Assembly (NCBI GenBank): GCA_965213685.1
Contig: CBDBZY010000031.1
Coordinates: 288,001 to 352,000 of the forward strand
Length of the DNA: 64,000 nt
Reading direction: 5' to 3'
Origin: a bacterium
Lineage (GTDB): Bacteria > UBA8248
Within the stretch, counting starts at the first letter, position 1. Each line of letters starts with the position of its first letter. The translations under genes were made by a program, and so were the position numbers. Of the stretch, positions 54,091 through 64,000 are shown piece after piece. Below the pieces are notes generated by a model that saw only the letters and a program-made list of their open reading frames with translations, was not told the DNA's origin and did not search any database.

Positions 54091-54940
54091 GACCGAACAC
54101 TCCCCTGGGACGCAGAACCATGATGGCCGCCACGACCAGAAACAGGACCGCGATGGCCCATTCCGCGATATACCCGCCGCCGATGGACTTCGCCAGCGCC
54201 ACGATGAACGCCCCCGCCGCCGTGCCCGGCAGGTGCCCGAGTCCGCCCAGGATCACCGCCAGGAACGAGTCGATGATGACCCCCATGCCCATTTCCGGCT
54301 CGACGGAAAAAATGGGCGCCCCGAGCGCGCCGGCGAACGCCGCAAAGCCGGCCGCACCCCCGAAGATGCCCGTGAGCAGCCGCCGCGTATCGATTCCCAG
54401 AGCCTCGGCCATCTCGCCGTCATCCGTGATGGCGCGTATCTTCAGCCCGACGGACGTGCGCTGGATGAAGACGAAAACGAGCCCCGTCACGAGCAGCGAA
54501 AGCGCCGCCGCGAAGAGCCTGTAGACGGGAAACTGGTTGCCGGCGATGTTCACCGTCCCCCGGAAGACGGCGGGCGGACTGATCAGGGTGGTCTCGGTGC
54601 CCCACAGATACTCGATGGCGCCCGTGATCATGAACGACAGGCCGAAGGTCACGAGCAAGGTGTAAATCTCGTTGCGGCCCCGGATGGGAGCGATCGTCAG
54701 CCGCTCCATCGCGATGGCGATGGGCACGACCAGCAGCGGCGCGAACGCCATCGCCCCCCACCCCAGCGTCGGCAGGAGGAGGATGAAGAAATACCCGCCC
54801 AGGGCGTAGAGCACCCCGTGGGCGAAGTTGACGACCCGTCCCAGGCCGAACACGAGGCTCAGGCCCAGGCTGGTGAGCGCCAGGAACGCGCCGTAGATGA
54901 CCCCGTTCAACGAATTGACGAACAAGAAGTTCCAATCCAT
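54074..54940 (-). CDS. Branched-chain amino acid ABC permease (LivH-like)
   Basis: GLSLVFG...NFAHG and VILGGLG motifs. Confidence 0.93.
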   Translation of the reverse strand: MDWNFLFVNSLNGVIYGAFLALTSLGLSLVFGLGRVVNFAHGVLYALGGYFFILLLPTLGWGAMAFAPLLVVPIAIAMERLTIAPIRGRNEIYTLLVTFGLSFMITGAIEYLWGTETTLISPPAVFRGTVNIAGNQFPVYRLFAAALSLLVTGLVFVFIQRTSVGLKIRAITDDGEMAEALGIDTRRLLTGIFGGAAGFAAFAGALGAPIFSVEPEMGMGVIIDSFLAVILGGLGHLPGTAAGAFIVALAKSIGGGYIAEWAIAVLFLVVAAIMVLRPRGVFGRGRIA

Positions 54941-54949
54941 CGGGGACGG

Positions 54950-56188
54950 CTATTTCTTCACATGGCAGCCGAGCTGCTTCGCCGGCAGAAGCGTTTCGTA
55001 GGACGAGAGAATCTCGACCGACTGCGCGTATTGGGCGCCGTACCTGGGCGTCTGGAGCTTCTCGATGTTCCCGAGGATGAGGGGCACCTCCGCCATGCGC
55101 CCGTTCGGCTGGAAGTGCATCCTCCCCGCCGGCGTTATCATGTCGATCTGCTCGAGTGCGCCCACGACGGCTTTCGCGTCCGTCGAGCCGGCCTGCTCCA
55201 TCGCCTGAAACAGGAGCAGGGCCGCCGTCCCGGCCTGGATGGCCTGCATCCCGGCCACGCGGCCGTGCATCTTGTGATACAGCTCGTTGAACTTGCGGGT
55301 CATCGGCACCCGCTCCTCCAGCCGCCACGCACCCCACGCGCCCGCCGAGATGATGTGGGTGGACAAGCTCCCGAGCTTGGCGATGAGCCAGTCCGGCAGG
55401 CCGATGGGCGCCACCAGCACCGCTTCTTTCGTGAGGCCAAACTCATGGGCCTGCTGGATGAACTGCACGAGCGGCGTGCCCAGGGTGACGGGAATGACGA
55501 CGGCCGTCGCGCCCGCCGAACGCACCTTTGCGATGAACGGCGCCCAGTCCGTGGTGTCGAGCGGCGCGAAGGTTTCCCCGACATACTTGACGCCCTTGAC
55601 GATCTTCACCGAACGCGCCACCCGGCGGCTCCAGGGGTAGTCGTGGCCGAGGGTGAACCACTTCGCGGTGCGCAGCTTCGGGTTCCGCGTGATGAGGTGG
55701 CGCATCGCCGCGACGGCCATCTGGGGGGTCGGGTTCGTCTGGAACACCCAGTAGTTGCACTTCTTCCCCGTGATGACGGCGGAGCCGCTGTTCGAGGTGA
55801 TGATCGGCACGCGCAGACGGTCCGCCACCGGCAGCAGCGCGAGTGCCTCGAGCGTGCTGGTTCCCAGAATCGCCGCGACGCGGTTTCTTTGCACCAGTTT
55901 GGTCGCCTTGGTGACCGCCACCTGCGCGTTGACGAGGCTGTCCTCGAGCACGAGCGCAACGGGCCGGCCCAGGACGGGCCCGCGCATTTTCACGGCCGTC
56001 TGAATCCCGGTGCTGATCTCGTCTCCGATGGGCTTCAGCTTCCCGCTGAGAAACGTCAGCACCCCGATTTTGACGGGCTCCTTCGGAGCGGCGAAAACGG
56101 GGGCGCAAAAGACGGCGAGAAGCGTCAACATCGCCGCCACAAGACCAGAAACGCCGAACCATCGCTTGGGGACATACATGCGCATCAT
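54950..56188 (-). CDS. Branched-chain amino acid ABC substrate-binding protein
   Basis: Signal peptide, VKIG...SG and DYPWS motifs. First gene of the liv-like operon. Confidence 0.9.
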   Translation of the reverse strand: MMRMYVPKRWFGVSGLVAAMLTLLAVFCAPVFAAPKEPVKIGVLTFLSGKLKPIGDEISTGIQTAVKMRGPVLGRPVALVLEDSLVNAQVAVTKATKLVQRNRVAAILGTSTLEALALLPVADRLRVPIITSNSGSAVITGKKCNYWVFQTNPTPQMAVAAMRHLITRNPKLRTAKWFTLGHDYPWSRRVARSVKIVKGVKYVGETFAPLDTTDWAPFIAKVRSAGATAVVIPVTLGTPLVQFIQQAHEFGLTKEAVLVAPIGLPDWLIAKLGSLSTHIISAGAWGAWRLEERVPMTRKFNELYHKMHGRVAGMQAIQAGTAALLLFQAMEQAGSTDAKAVVGALEQIDMITPAGRMHFQPNGRMAEVPLILGNIEKLQTPRYGAQYAQSVEILSSYETLLPAKQLGCHVKK

Positions 56189-56339
56189 GACATGATCCTC
56201 CCTGGCTTCCGATTCCGTGGACTCGACCGCAGGCGCGGAGGCTCCCCTTCCCTTCCAGTGGTCAGAGGAAAATCCGAACTCCCCCCCGGAGTCATTCCGG
56301 CAAGGCCCGCGCAGGTAAAATGGCGAAGATGATGTCCGC

Positions 56340-56367
56340 ATCATACAGAAAGGCCTCCCGTTGTCAA
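56340..56367 (-). promoter_or_regulatory. Sigma70-type promoter of the liv-like operon
   Basis: TTGACA-16 bp-TATGAT on the minus strand. Confidence 0.55.
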
Positions 56368-56595
56368 CAGAACCGCTTCGCGCATCCTACCCGGAGACGA
56401 TAGGAACCCGGGGCGCATTCTGGCATACCCTTATGATGATGGGTGCTTGTGGGGGCGCGCCGCAAGGCGGAGGCCCGGAGCGCGCAGGCGGAGCCGGGGC
56501 GAGAGTCCCCATGACGCGCAAGTCCCCCCATGCGGCCTCCGGCGAGGCGGCGGGTCGACGCCGCCGGCAGGGGGGAGGGAGAGGGAGGGGTTCCA

Positions 56596-57444
56596 TTGCT
56601 TCCCGGGTTCATCCTGCTCGCGCTTTTCGCGTCTTCCCTGATCGGGGTGGCGGACTACATCTATGGCCGCGCCGTCAGAAACCGGATATCTCCGGGCACG
56701 ATGACGGTCTCGCAGGCGAGTTTCGTCGTTCCCGCCACATGGGCTTGGGCACAAGTCGAGGGCACCTACGCCTGGACGGCTCCCGCCTTCTGGGGCACGG
56801 CCGCCGCCCTGTTCACGTTCACGGGCTTTTGGAGCTTCATGAAGAGCGTGGGGCTGGGAGAGGCGAGCGTCAGCACTCCCATCTACCGGCTGAGCTTCGT
56901 CGTCACCGCGATGCTGGCCATCTGGTTTCTGGGAGAGGTCGTCACGATTCCCAAAATCCTGGGCTTTGTCCTCACCGGCTGCGCCATCTTTTTGTTCTCG
57001 GAGTTTCGCATCGGAAATCTTTCGGCGGACAAACTCGCCTCCGTCCTGTGGGCCGTCGCCGCGATGATATCCGTCGGCCTCGTGAACATCATCTACAAGC
57101 TCGGCGTCTCGGGCGGCGTGGCACCGACCATGTTTCTCCACAGCCAGTCGGTCTTCTTCATCACCATCTCGCTCATCTACGCGTTCCTGACGCAGGGCGG
57201 CCCCCGATTCTCGAAGAAGGGCTGGGCACACGCGCTGCTCACCGCCGTCTGCTTCACGCTCGGGAACGTCGCGCTGCTGGCCGCGCTGCGCGACGGGGAG
57301 GCCACCATCGTCACGCCCATCGTCCAGCTCAGCTTCATCGTCAGCGCGCTTTTGGCCGTCTGGCGGCTCGCGGAGAAGATGACGCTGCGAAAGTTTCTGG
57401 GACTGGCCGCAGCGGTCGGCACCATCATCGCCTTCACGGCCTAG
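56596..57444 (+). CDS. EamA/DMT family transporter
   Basis: Two repeats of five TM helices with GEAS..TPI and GEAT..TPI. Confidence 0.88.
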   Translation: MLPGFILLALFASSLIGVADYIYGRAVRNRISPGTMTVSQASFVVPATWAWAQVEGTYAWTAPAFWGTAAALFTFTGFWSFMKSVGLGEASVSTPIYRLSFVVTAMLAIWFLGEVVTIPKILGFVLTGCAIFLFSEFRIGNLSADKLASVLWAVAAMISVGLVNIIYKLGVSGGVAPTMFLHSQSVFFITISLIYAFLTQGGPRFSKKGWAHALLTAVCFTLGNVALLAALRDGEATIVTPIVQLSFIVSALLAVWRLAEKMTLRKFLGLAAAVGTIIAFTA

Positions 57445-57537
57445 CCGACTCCCCCCCCTGCGCGTCGGGGGTGGGAGCACCGCCAAAACCGCGGCGAAAG
57501 GAAGCGCGCCTGGCGGGCGCCGGGAGGCGCGACCGGG

Positions 57538-59106
57538 CTAGGGAGCCGCCGGGGAGGCGGACAATCGCGCCCCGGCCTCCCGCCGCGCGCGCAGCGCCGC
57601 GCGACGAAGCGCCTCCACGTCCGCGCTCACGGCCTCCTTCAGGACGGCCACCGCCAACTCCAGGGCCGCATCCGCTCCCACAGCGCCCGCCTCTCTCGGC
57701 TTCTCCTCGGAGGATGTCAACGTTTTCCGGCGCTCTGCGACCTGCTGGCGGGAGAGGGCCTTCGGCCCAGCCTCCACGTCGGGGCGGATTCCTTTCTCGT
57801 GAATCAACCTTCCGAGCGGGGTGTAATACCGCGCCGTCGTCAGCCGCAACGCAGCGCCCCCCCGCATGGGGATGATGGCCTGAACCGACCCCTTCCCGAA
57901 GCTCGTCCTGCCGACGATCAGGGCGCGATCCAGATCCTGCAGGGCGCCGGCCACGATTTCCGACGCGCTCGCGCTGCCCTTGTTGATCAGCACGACCAGG
58001 GGCCTCCCCACCCAGACGCCCCGCGCGCGGGAGCGGAAATAGACCGTCTCGCTTCGCCTGCGCCCGCGCGTGAAGACGATCATGCTCCCCTCCGGCAGGA
58101 ACCTCTCCGACACCTCGACGGATTTGGTGAGGAAACCGCCCGGGTTGCCCCGCAGGTCCAGCACGATTCCCCGCACGTTCCGGCGCATCAGCTTCCTCAG
58201 CCCCTCGTCCAGCTCCCGCGTCGTTCGGCCATGAAACGCCGTGATCCGCAAATAGCCCACCCCGCCCTCCTTCACCCCCGCCTTGACGCTGCGAATGCGA
58301 ATGATGGCGCGGCGCAGGGTCACCTCCCGGGGCTTCGGCCAGCCCGCGCGCGATATCAGCAAGCGCACCGGTTCTCCCGCCGGGCCCCGCATCCGGCGGA
58401 CGACCTCGGGCAACGCCATGTCCCTGGTCGGCGCGCCGTCGATCTCCACGATCACGTCCTCGGACTTCAATCCGGCGCGAAAGGCGGGGGTGTCCTCTAT
58501 CGGCGATATGATGGTGAGCCTCTCCCCCCGCCGGGTGATGATGATCCCCACCCCGCCGTAGCTTCCGGTATGCTCGACCCGCATCTGCCTGTAAGACTCC
58601 GGCGAGAGGAACCCGCTGAACGGGTCCAGCGAACCCATCATGGAGGAGAGGGCGGCGTACATGACGCGCAGCCCGTCTTTTTTCTGCTCCTCCCCCCCCG
58701 CAGCCATGTTCTCGACGGCGAACCGGTAGGCCCGCTCGAAAGCGCCCAGCCCGCCCTCGGCGTCGCCCCGCAGGAGGATGCGCAGCGTATTCTCCCGCCC
58801 CCTCAGCAGCACCTCGCCGCCCGCCTCCTCGACGAACCCGAAGCGGGCCGCGCCCACCTCCTTGCGCAGGCGCCCGAGGCCCGCCACGTACATTTTCCGG
58901 TAATCCGGAATGCGGGCGTAATTGTCCTCCACATTCTCCACGGCCTCATACAAAAGGGCGACCGCCTTCTCCTGATCCGCAGAAGCGCGGGGGAGGGGGC
59001 TCGCCGGGAGCGCCGCCCACCAGAGCAGGAGCATGGCGCCTGCCGCGAGACGCCGCGCGCAGCCTCGGCCCGGGCGGAGAAAAGGAGAAGAGCGGGTGCG
59101 CCTCAT
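57538..59106 (-). CDS. S41 family C-terminal processing peptidase (CtpA-like)
   Basis: LDPFS, a PDZ domain, DLRGNPGG, SASASEI and FGKGSVQ. Confidence 0.93.
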   Translation of the reverse strand: MRRTRSSPFLRPGRGCARRLAAGAMLLLWWAALPASPLPRASADQEKAVALLYEAVENVEDNYARIPDYRKMYVAGLGRLRKEVGAARFGFVEEAGGEVLLRGRENTLRILLRGDAEGGLGAFERAYRFAVENMAAGGEEQKKDGLRVMYAALSSMMGSLDPFSGFLSPESYRQMRVEHTGSYGGVGIIITRRGERLTIISPIEDTPAFRAGLKSEDVIVEIDGAPTRDMALPEVVRRMRGPAGEPVRLLISRAGWPKPREVTLRRAIIRIRSVKAGVKEGGVGYLRITAFHGRTTRELDEGLRKLMRRNVRGIVLDLRGNPGGFLTKSVEVSERFLPEGSMIVFTRGRRRSETVYFRSRARGVWVGRPLVVLINKGSASASEIVAGALQDLDRALIVGRTSFGKGSVQAIIPMRGGAALRLTTARYYTPLGRLIHEKGIRPDVEAGPKALSRQQVAERRKTLTSSEEKPREAGAVGADAALELAVAVLKEAVSADVEALRRAALRARREAGARLSASPAAP

Positions 59107-59221
59107 CGACGTGCAACCTTCTCGTTTGGGGGGTTCATCGGATGACCTCGCGGCCAAAGAATCATAGTATAATCCAAAAGGACGCAATCGCCCAAGGTTT
59201 TTCCGTCCGGGGATTTCCTCG

Positions 59222-59885
59222 ATGATCTCCATCGTCGCGCCCGTGCTCGACGAAGCCCGGCGCCTGCCCGCCATGTTCGAGATGCTCGACGCCCAGCCGG
59301 GAGAGAAGCAGATCATCCTCGCCGACGGGGGAAGCGCGGACGACACCCTCGAGGTCGCGGAGGGGCGCGCCCTCGTCGTCCAGACGGAGCGCGGCCGCGC
59401 CCGACAGATGAACGCGGGCGCCGCGCGGGCCCGGGGGGAGACGATTCTGTTTCTCCACTGCGACACGCAGCTGCCCGCCGGGGCGCTCGGGAAAATAGAG
59501 GAGGCCGTCCGCATGGACGGCGTGGCGGGCGGGGGCTTCCTCCACAGCTTCGACCGCGACGATCTCTTCAGCCGCTTCATCAGCCTCAGCGCGAACGCGC
59601 GGGCGCGGACCTCGCGACTTTTCTTTGGCGATCAGTGCATCTTCATCCGGCGCGACGTCTTCGAGCGGATGGGGGGCTACGCCGATATGCCGATGTTCGA
59701 GGACTGGGACCTGAGCAGGAGGATGCGCGACTTCGGGCGCCTGGCGCTCATCGAGGCGCCCGTCGTCACGAGCGGCCGCCGCATCGACGTCTGGGGCAAG
59801 TCCAGATGCCTCACCCTCTGGTGGGGGCTGAGCATCCTCTACGCCCTCGGGGTGCCGGCCGAGCGGCTCAGCCGATACTACGCCC
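59222..59885 (+). CDS. GT2 glycosyltransferase (TIGR04283-like); C-terminus cut at the junction
   Basis: [27 protein letters not shown] and TSGRR motifs. Confidence 0.85.
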
Positions 59886-60676
59886 AGAACAACGAATGGC
59901 TGGACGACCATCTGCCGTCGATCTATGACCCGATGCTGACAACGGCGCAGACCGTTGCCGACCGCTATCGTGTTTCCCGCGAAGTGCAGGATGAGTACAG
60001 TTTACAAAGCCAGTTGCGCACGGCGGCGGCGCAGCAGGCCGGCAAGTTCGACGACGAAATCGTGCCGATGACGTCGATCAAAGCGGTAATGAACAAGGAT
60101 ACCGGCGAGGTAACCTACGAGGAAACGGCGCTCGAGAAGGATGAGGGCAACCGGCCCAGCACCACGCTTGAAGGTTTGCAAAGCCTGAAACCGGTGACCC
60201 GGGATGACGGCCATATCACCGCCGGAAATTCCTCGCAGCTTTCCGACGGCGCTTCCGCCGCGGTGGTGATGAGCGATGCGGAGGCGGCCAAGCGTGGTCT
60301 CGAGGTGATGGGGATCTACCGCGGCCTGGTGGTACATGGTTGCGAGCCGGACGAGATGGGCATCGGCCCGGTCTTCGCGGTGCCGAAGTTGTTGGAACGC
60401 AACGGCCTGACCGTCGACGATATCGACCTCTGGGAATTGAACGAAGCCTTCGCCGTGCAGGTACTCTATTGCCGCGACAAGCTCGGCATCGATAACGACA
60501 AGCTGAATGTCAATGGCGGGTCGATCTCCGTTGGTCACCCCTACGGCATGACCGGCGCCCGACTGACGGGCCACGCCCTGATCGAAGGCAAGCGCCGCGG
60601 CGCCAAGCACGTCGTCGTCACCATGTGCGTCGGCACCGGCATGGGCGCCGCCGGCCTGTTCGAGATCCCGCAGTAG
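59886..60676 (+). CDS. Acetyl-CoA acyltransferase (thiolase), C-terminal portion only
   Basis: [21 protein letters not shown] and CVGTGMG are present. The N-terminal part with the nucleophile Cys is missing. Confidence 0.88.
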
Positions 60677-60759
60677 ATATGGTCACGCCATACGCGGTGG
60701 CCGCGGGACCGCAATAGCAAACCGCCGAATGCGGTTGGTTGCGTTGGAGAGTTTGCGGG

Positions 60760-62052
60760 ATGAAGATCAATGGCGATACTCTCGCAAAGATCGTTTCGCT
60801 TGCGTCGGCATTGTTTCTTGCGTTTTTTGTCGGCGGCCTATTCGTCTATTTTAAACTCTTCCCGCACCATTCGATTAAACAGTTCGAGGAGTTTGTTCGC
60901 GGCGTCATTGAGCATCGTGAAGCTTATTTCTTCGGCGCGCCGACCGACCATTTGGAGCCGGCGCGGGGCGAGCCCTATGGTTTTACGGTAGCCGGCGACG
61001 CGCGTGCGCAGCCGGGCTTGACCTTGGTGGTCGGTTTGTTCGGCTACACACTCGGGGCGCGTCTTTATGACAATTCCGGCGAACTGGTCCACGAATGGCC
61101 CGTCGACTTCTTCAAAATCGCGCCGGAAACAATGCTTTACGAGTTCCATGCGTTGATTCACGGCGCCTGGATGTATCCGAACGGTGATTTGCTCATCAAT
61201 CTGGACCGCCGGCATCTCTATCGGATAGATGCTTGCGGGCGGACAGTCTGGGTCAACGCCAATACGCCGCATCATTCGATCCATGTCGACGATCAGGGCT
61301 ATATTTGGACGCCCACCGGGGTTTGGTCGTACAACGAGCCGCGTCTATGGCGAGAGGAAGCGCACGTCGATCGGATCGCCAAGTTCGATCCCGATAACGG
61401 CAAAAAGCTTCTTGAAATTGATCTGGTCGAGTTACTTGTCGAAGCCGAAATGCAGGGCATTGTCTTGGGTGTCGCGAATAAATTCGATGATTTGTTGCAT
61501 CTGAACGACGTCGAAGTGTTGTCGGCCGACATGGCGGCGGCTTTCCCATTGTTCGACGCCGGCGACATTGTTTTGAGTTTTCGCAACACCAACCAACTTT
61601 GGGTGCTCGACGGTCGGACCCACGCGATCAAATGGTGGCAAACCGGACCATGGCGCGGCCAGCACGATCCCGATTTTCAGCCGGATGGATCGATTACGCT
61701 GTTTGACAACCGCAATTCCGTCAAGCCGTCGATCGAGAACGATTTTCTTGGCACGATGGGCGGAAGCCGAATTTTGCGTCTCGATCCGCTGTCCCGGGAA
61801 ACCACGACGTTGTTTCAATCGACGGAGAAGGTCCGGTTTCATTCCGCCTTTCGGGGCAAGCATCAGGTGCTGGCCAATGGCAACATACTGATCACCGAAA
61901 CCGATGCGGGGCGGGCTTTCGAAGTTACGCCCGGCGGCGATATCGTATGGTCCTTTGTCAACGGTTGGGACGAAGACCAAGTGGGTTGGATCATGGGTGC
62001 CTACAAATTTCCCGAGAATTATGGGGCGTTTGCGGCCAACCGTTGTCAGTGA
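60760..62052 (+). CDS. Arylsulfotransferase (ASST) family protein
   Basis: HHSI, LHLNDV, GQHDP, FDN and NGNILITE motifs. Confidence 0.85.
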   Translation: MKINGDTLAKIVSLASALFLAFFVGGLFVYFKLFPHHSIKQFEEFVRGVIEHREAYFFGAPTDHLEPARGEPYGFTVAGDARAQPGLTLVVGLFGYTLGARLYDNSGELVHEWPVDFFKIAPETMLYEFHALIHGAWMYPNGDLLINLDRRHLYRIDACGRTVWVNANTPHHSIHVDDQGYIWTPTGVWSYNEPRLWREEAHVDRIAKFDPDNGKKLLEIDLVELLVEAEMQGIVLGVANKFDDLLHLNDVEVLSADMAAAFPLFDAGDIVLSFRNTNQLWVLDGRTHAIKWWQTGPWRGQHDPDFQPDGSITLFDNRNSVKPSIENDFLGTMGGSRILRLDPLSRETTTLFQSTEKVRFHSAFRGKHQVLANGNILITETDAGRAFEVTPGGDIVWSFVNGWDEDQVGWIMGAYKFPENYGAFAANRCQ

Positions 62053-62076
62053 CGAACACCGTTGATGTCAATGGTG

Positions 62077-63297
62077 TCAGGTTGCAACCGGTAGCCTAAG
62101 CACTTCGCGGAAGCGGACGCGGTCGGCGATTTCGGCTGGACCGGTGAGGTGCAGACGCGGGAAGCGGTGAAAGAGTTGTTGAAAAGCGATCACCCCTTCG
62201 ATACGGGCCAACGCGTTGCCGGCGCAAATGTGAATGCCGAGGCCGAAGGAAAGATGACGGTTCGGCTTGCGGCCGATATCGAAGCGGTCGGGGTCGTCGA
62301 ATTCGGCCGGATCGCGGTTGGCGCCGGCAATCATCAAATGGGCGGTGGCGCCGGCGGGGATTTTGACACCGGCCAGCTCGGTGTCTGCCAAGGCTCTCCG
62401 GTTGTTGATTTGGATCGGCGCCTGATAACGCAGAATTTCTTCAACGCAGGTGTCGATTAGCGAGGGGTCGGCCATGAGGCGCGCGATCTGGTCCGGACGC
62501 TGCAGCATTTCATGGACGCCATGCGAGATCATGTTGGTCGAAGTTTCATGCCCGGCGTTGAGCATGAAAATGCACTGATGCAGCAGTTCAAGCTCGCTTA
62601 ATTTCTCACCATCTTCCTCCGCCTCCATCAGGGCCGTCAGGACCTGCCCGCGGGTACCGTCGCATGGATGTTTGCGAAGATGCGCCACCAAGTCCCGCAA
62701 ATAGGCCTTGAAATCCGCGACCGCTTTATTGCCTTCGTCGAGCTGCGCCGGGCTTAGGGACGGTTCCAGCGCCGTCAGGATTGCCACCGCCCAATGGCGG
62801 ATCAACTCGCGGTCACCGCTCGGCACGCTGAGCATCTCCGAAACTACTTCGATCGGCAGTTTGAAGGAGAAATCGTCGACCACATCCATTTCACCGCGAT
62901 CCTCGAACTGGTCGAGATATTGATCGACGAGTTCCCGAATTTTCGGTTTCAAGGCATCCAGCGCCTTTCGTGTGAACGCGGCCTGGAAAAGATTGCGGAT
63001 GCGGCGATGATCCGGCGGATCGGTGAACACGACGCTGGTGGTGTGATGTTCATAAAGCGGACTGTTGCCGAATTTCGGTTTGAAGTCGGCCTTCTTGTCT
63101 GAACTCCAAAGCGCCGGGTTGCGGTAGATTTGCGTCAGGTCGGCATGGCGAGTCAGCACATAGCTGCCGTCGGGGGCGCGGTGAACCGGATCATGGCTCC
63201 GCAATGCAGCCAGATAACGATAGGGCTCGGCGATGTAATCGGCGGGCAGGCCGGCCAGATCGAAGTCTGCTATGTCCGCCGCGGTCAACTCTTGCAT
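62077..63297 (-). CDS. Cytochrome P450
   Basis: AGHETS, EEILR and HLSFGLGIHICAG motifs. Confidence 0.96.
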   Translation of the reverse strand: MQELTAADIADFDLAGLPADYIAEPYRYLAALRSHDPVHRAPDGSYVLTRHADLTQIYRNPALWSSDKKADFKPKFGNSPLYEHHTTSVVFTDPPDHRRIRNLFQAAFTRKALDALKPKIRELVDQYLDQFEDRGEMDVVDDFSFKLPIEVVSEMLSVPSGDRELIRHWAVAILTALEPSLSPAQLDEGNKAVADFKAYLRDLVAHLRKHPCDGTRGQVLTALMEAEEDGEKLSELELLHQCIFMLNAGHETSTNMISHGVHEMLQRPDQIARLMADPSLIDTCVEEILRYQAPIQINNRRALADTELAGVKIPAGATAHLMIAGANRDPAEFDDPDRFDIGRKPNRHLSFGLGIHICAGNALARIEGVIAFQQLFHRFPRLHLTGPAEIADRVRFREVLRLPVAT

Positions 63298-63371
63298 CGC
63301 CCTCTCCCTCTTGCCAGAGCATAGCCGCAGGTGGGATGATCGCCAAGGCCGGTATGGGACCCGAGGCAAAT

Positions 63372-64000
63372 ATGAAAACATCCGTTTCGATCGGCGGTTA
63401 CGCCTATGACGAAATTCTCGAAACCGTCGAATTCGTGCAAGCCGCGGAGCGTTTGGGGGTGTCATACGTCTTTTCGGCGGAAGCCTGGGGCCAGGACGCG
63501 GTGACCAGCCTTGCCTATCTCGCCGGCAAAACGGAAAAGATCAAACTTGGCACCGGGATCATGCAAATCAGCGCGCGCGCCGCCTCGATGACCGCGATGA
63601 CGGCGTTGTCGCTGAACAATCTCAGTCGCGGCCGGTTCGTCCTTGGGCTTGGTGCCAGCGGACCGCAAGTGGTCGAGGGCCTGCACGGAGTGCCATACGC
63701 GCAACCCCTGACGCGGCTCAAAGAGACCGTCGCGGTGATGCGCATGGCCTTCCGGGGCGAGAAGCTGCGATATGACGGCAAGCATTTGGTCTTGCCGCGG
63801 CCGGGCGGCGAGGGCAAGGCGATCCGCCTCGACCACCAACCGGCGGATATCCCGATCTATCTGGCAACCCTTGGGCCGAAGTCGCTTGAATTCACCGGTG
63901 CCGCCGCCGACGGTTGGCTCGGGACCTCGTTTTCGCCGGACCACGCGGAAGCCCATCTCGATCACATCCGCAAAGGCGCGGAAGCGGCGGGGCGCAGTCT
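63372..64000 (+). CDS. LLM class (probably F420-dependent) oxidoreductase, runs off the window end
   Basis: Manual translation: MKTSVSIGG...AEAWGQDA...LGTGIMQISAR...GRFVLGLGASGPQVVEGLHG. Confidence 0.9.
   Translation, partial: MKTSVSIGGYAYDEILETVEFVQAAERLGVSYVFSAEAWGQDAVTSLAYLAGKTEKIKLGTGIMQISARAASMTAMTALSLNNLSRGRFVLGLGASGPQVVEGLHGVPYAQPLTRLKETVAVMRMAFRGEKLRYDGKHLVLPRPGGEGKAIRLDHQPADIPIYLATLGPKSLEFTGAAADGWLGTSFSPDHAEAHLDHIRKGAEAAGRS

Overview
High-GC bacterial chromosomal DNA. The 16S looks deltaproteobacteria/Nitrospinota-like by eye; this was not searched. The window holds a complete rRNA operon on the minus strand (16S, tRNA-Ile, tRNA-Ala, 23S, 5S), tRNA-Ser next to tadA, hflKC, gpmI, amtB, a S41 protease, several ABC transporters and many catabolic enzymes. 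Signals the ORF track misses: (1) Three genes split by an in-frame TGA at a redox-Cys position, each followed by a SECIS-like hairpin: a UxxC peroxiredoxin-like protein, a CxxU AhpD-like protein paired with a paralog lacking the motif, and a UGSC-family protein with its partner. The last two lie in one co-oriented minus-strand cluster. (2) An orphan AT-rich element at 10.55-10.73 kb between convergent genes, with two tandem pairs of NrdR-like boxes around DnaA-like boxes. (3) An NlaIII/IceA1-like restriction-modification pair whose methyltransferase start region has five CATG sites and an 8-bp duplication that shifts it out of frame. (4) A candidate structured RNA upstream of a creatininase operon. 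Two genes carry single-base homopolymer frameshifts. An in-frame glycosyltransferase/thiolase 'fusion' at about 59885 coincides with a composition change and is most likely an assembly or contig junction.
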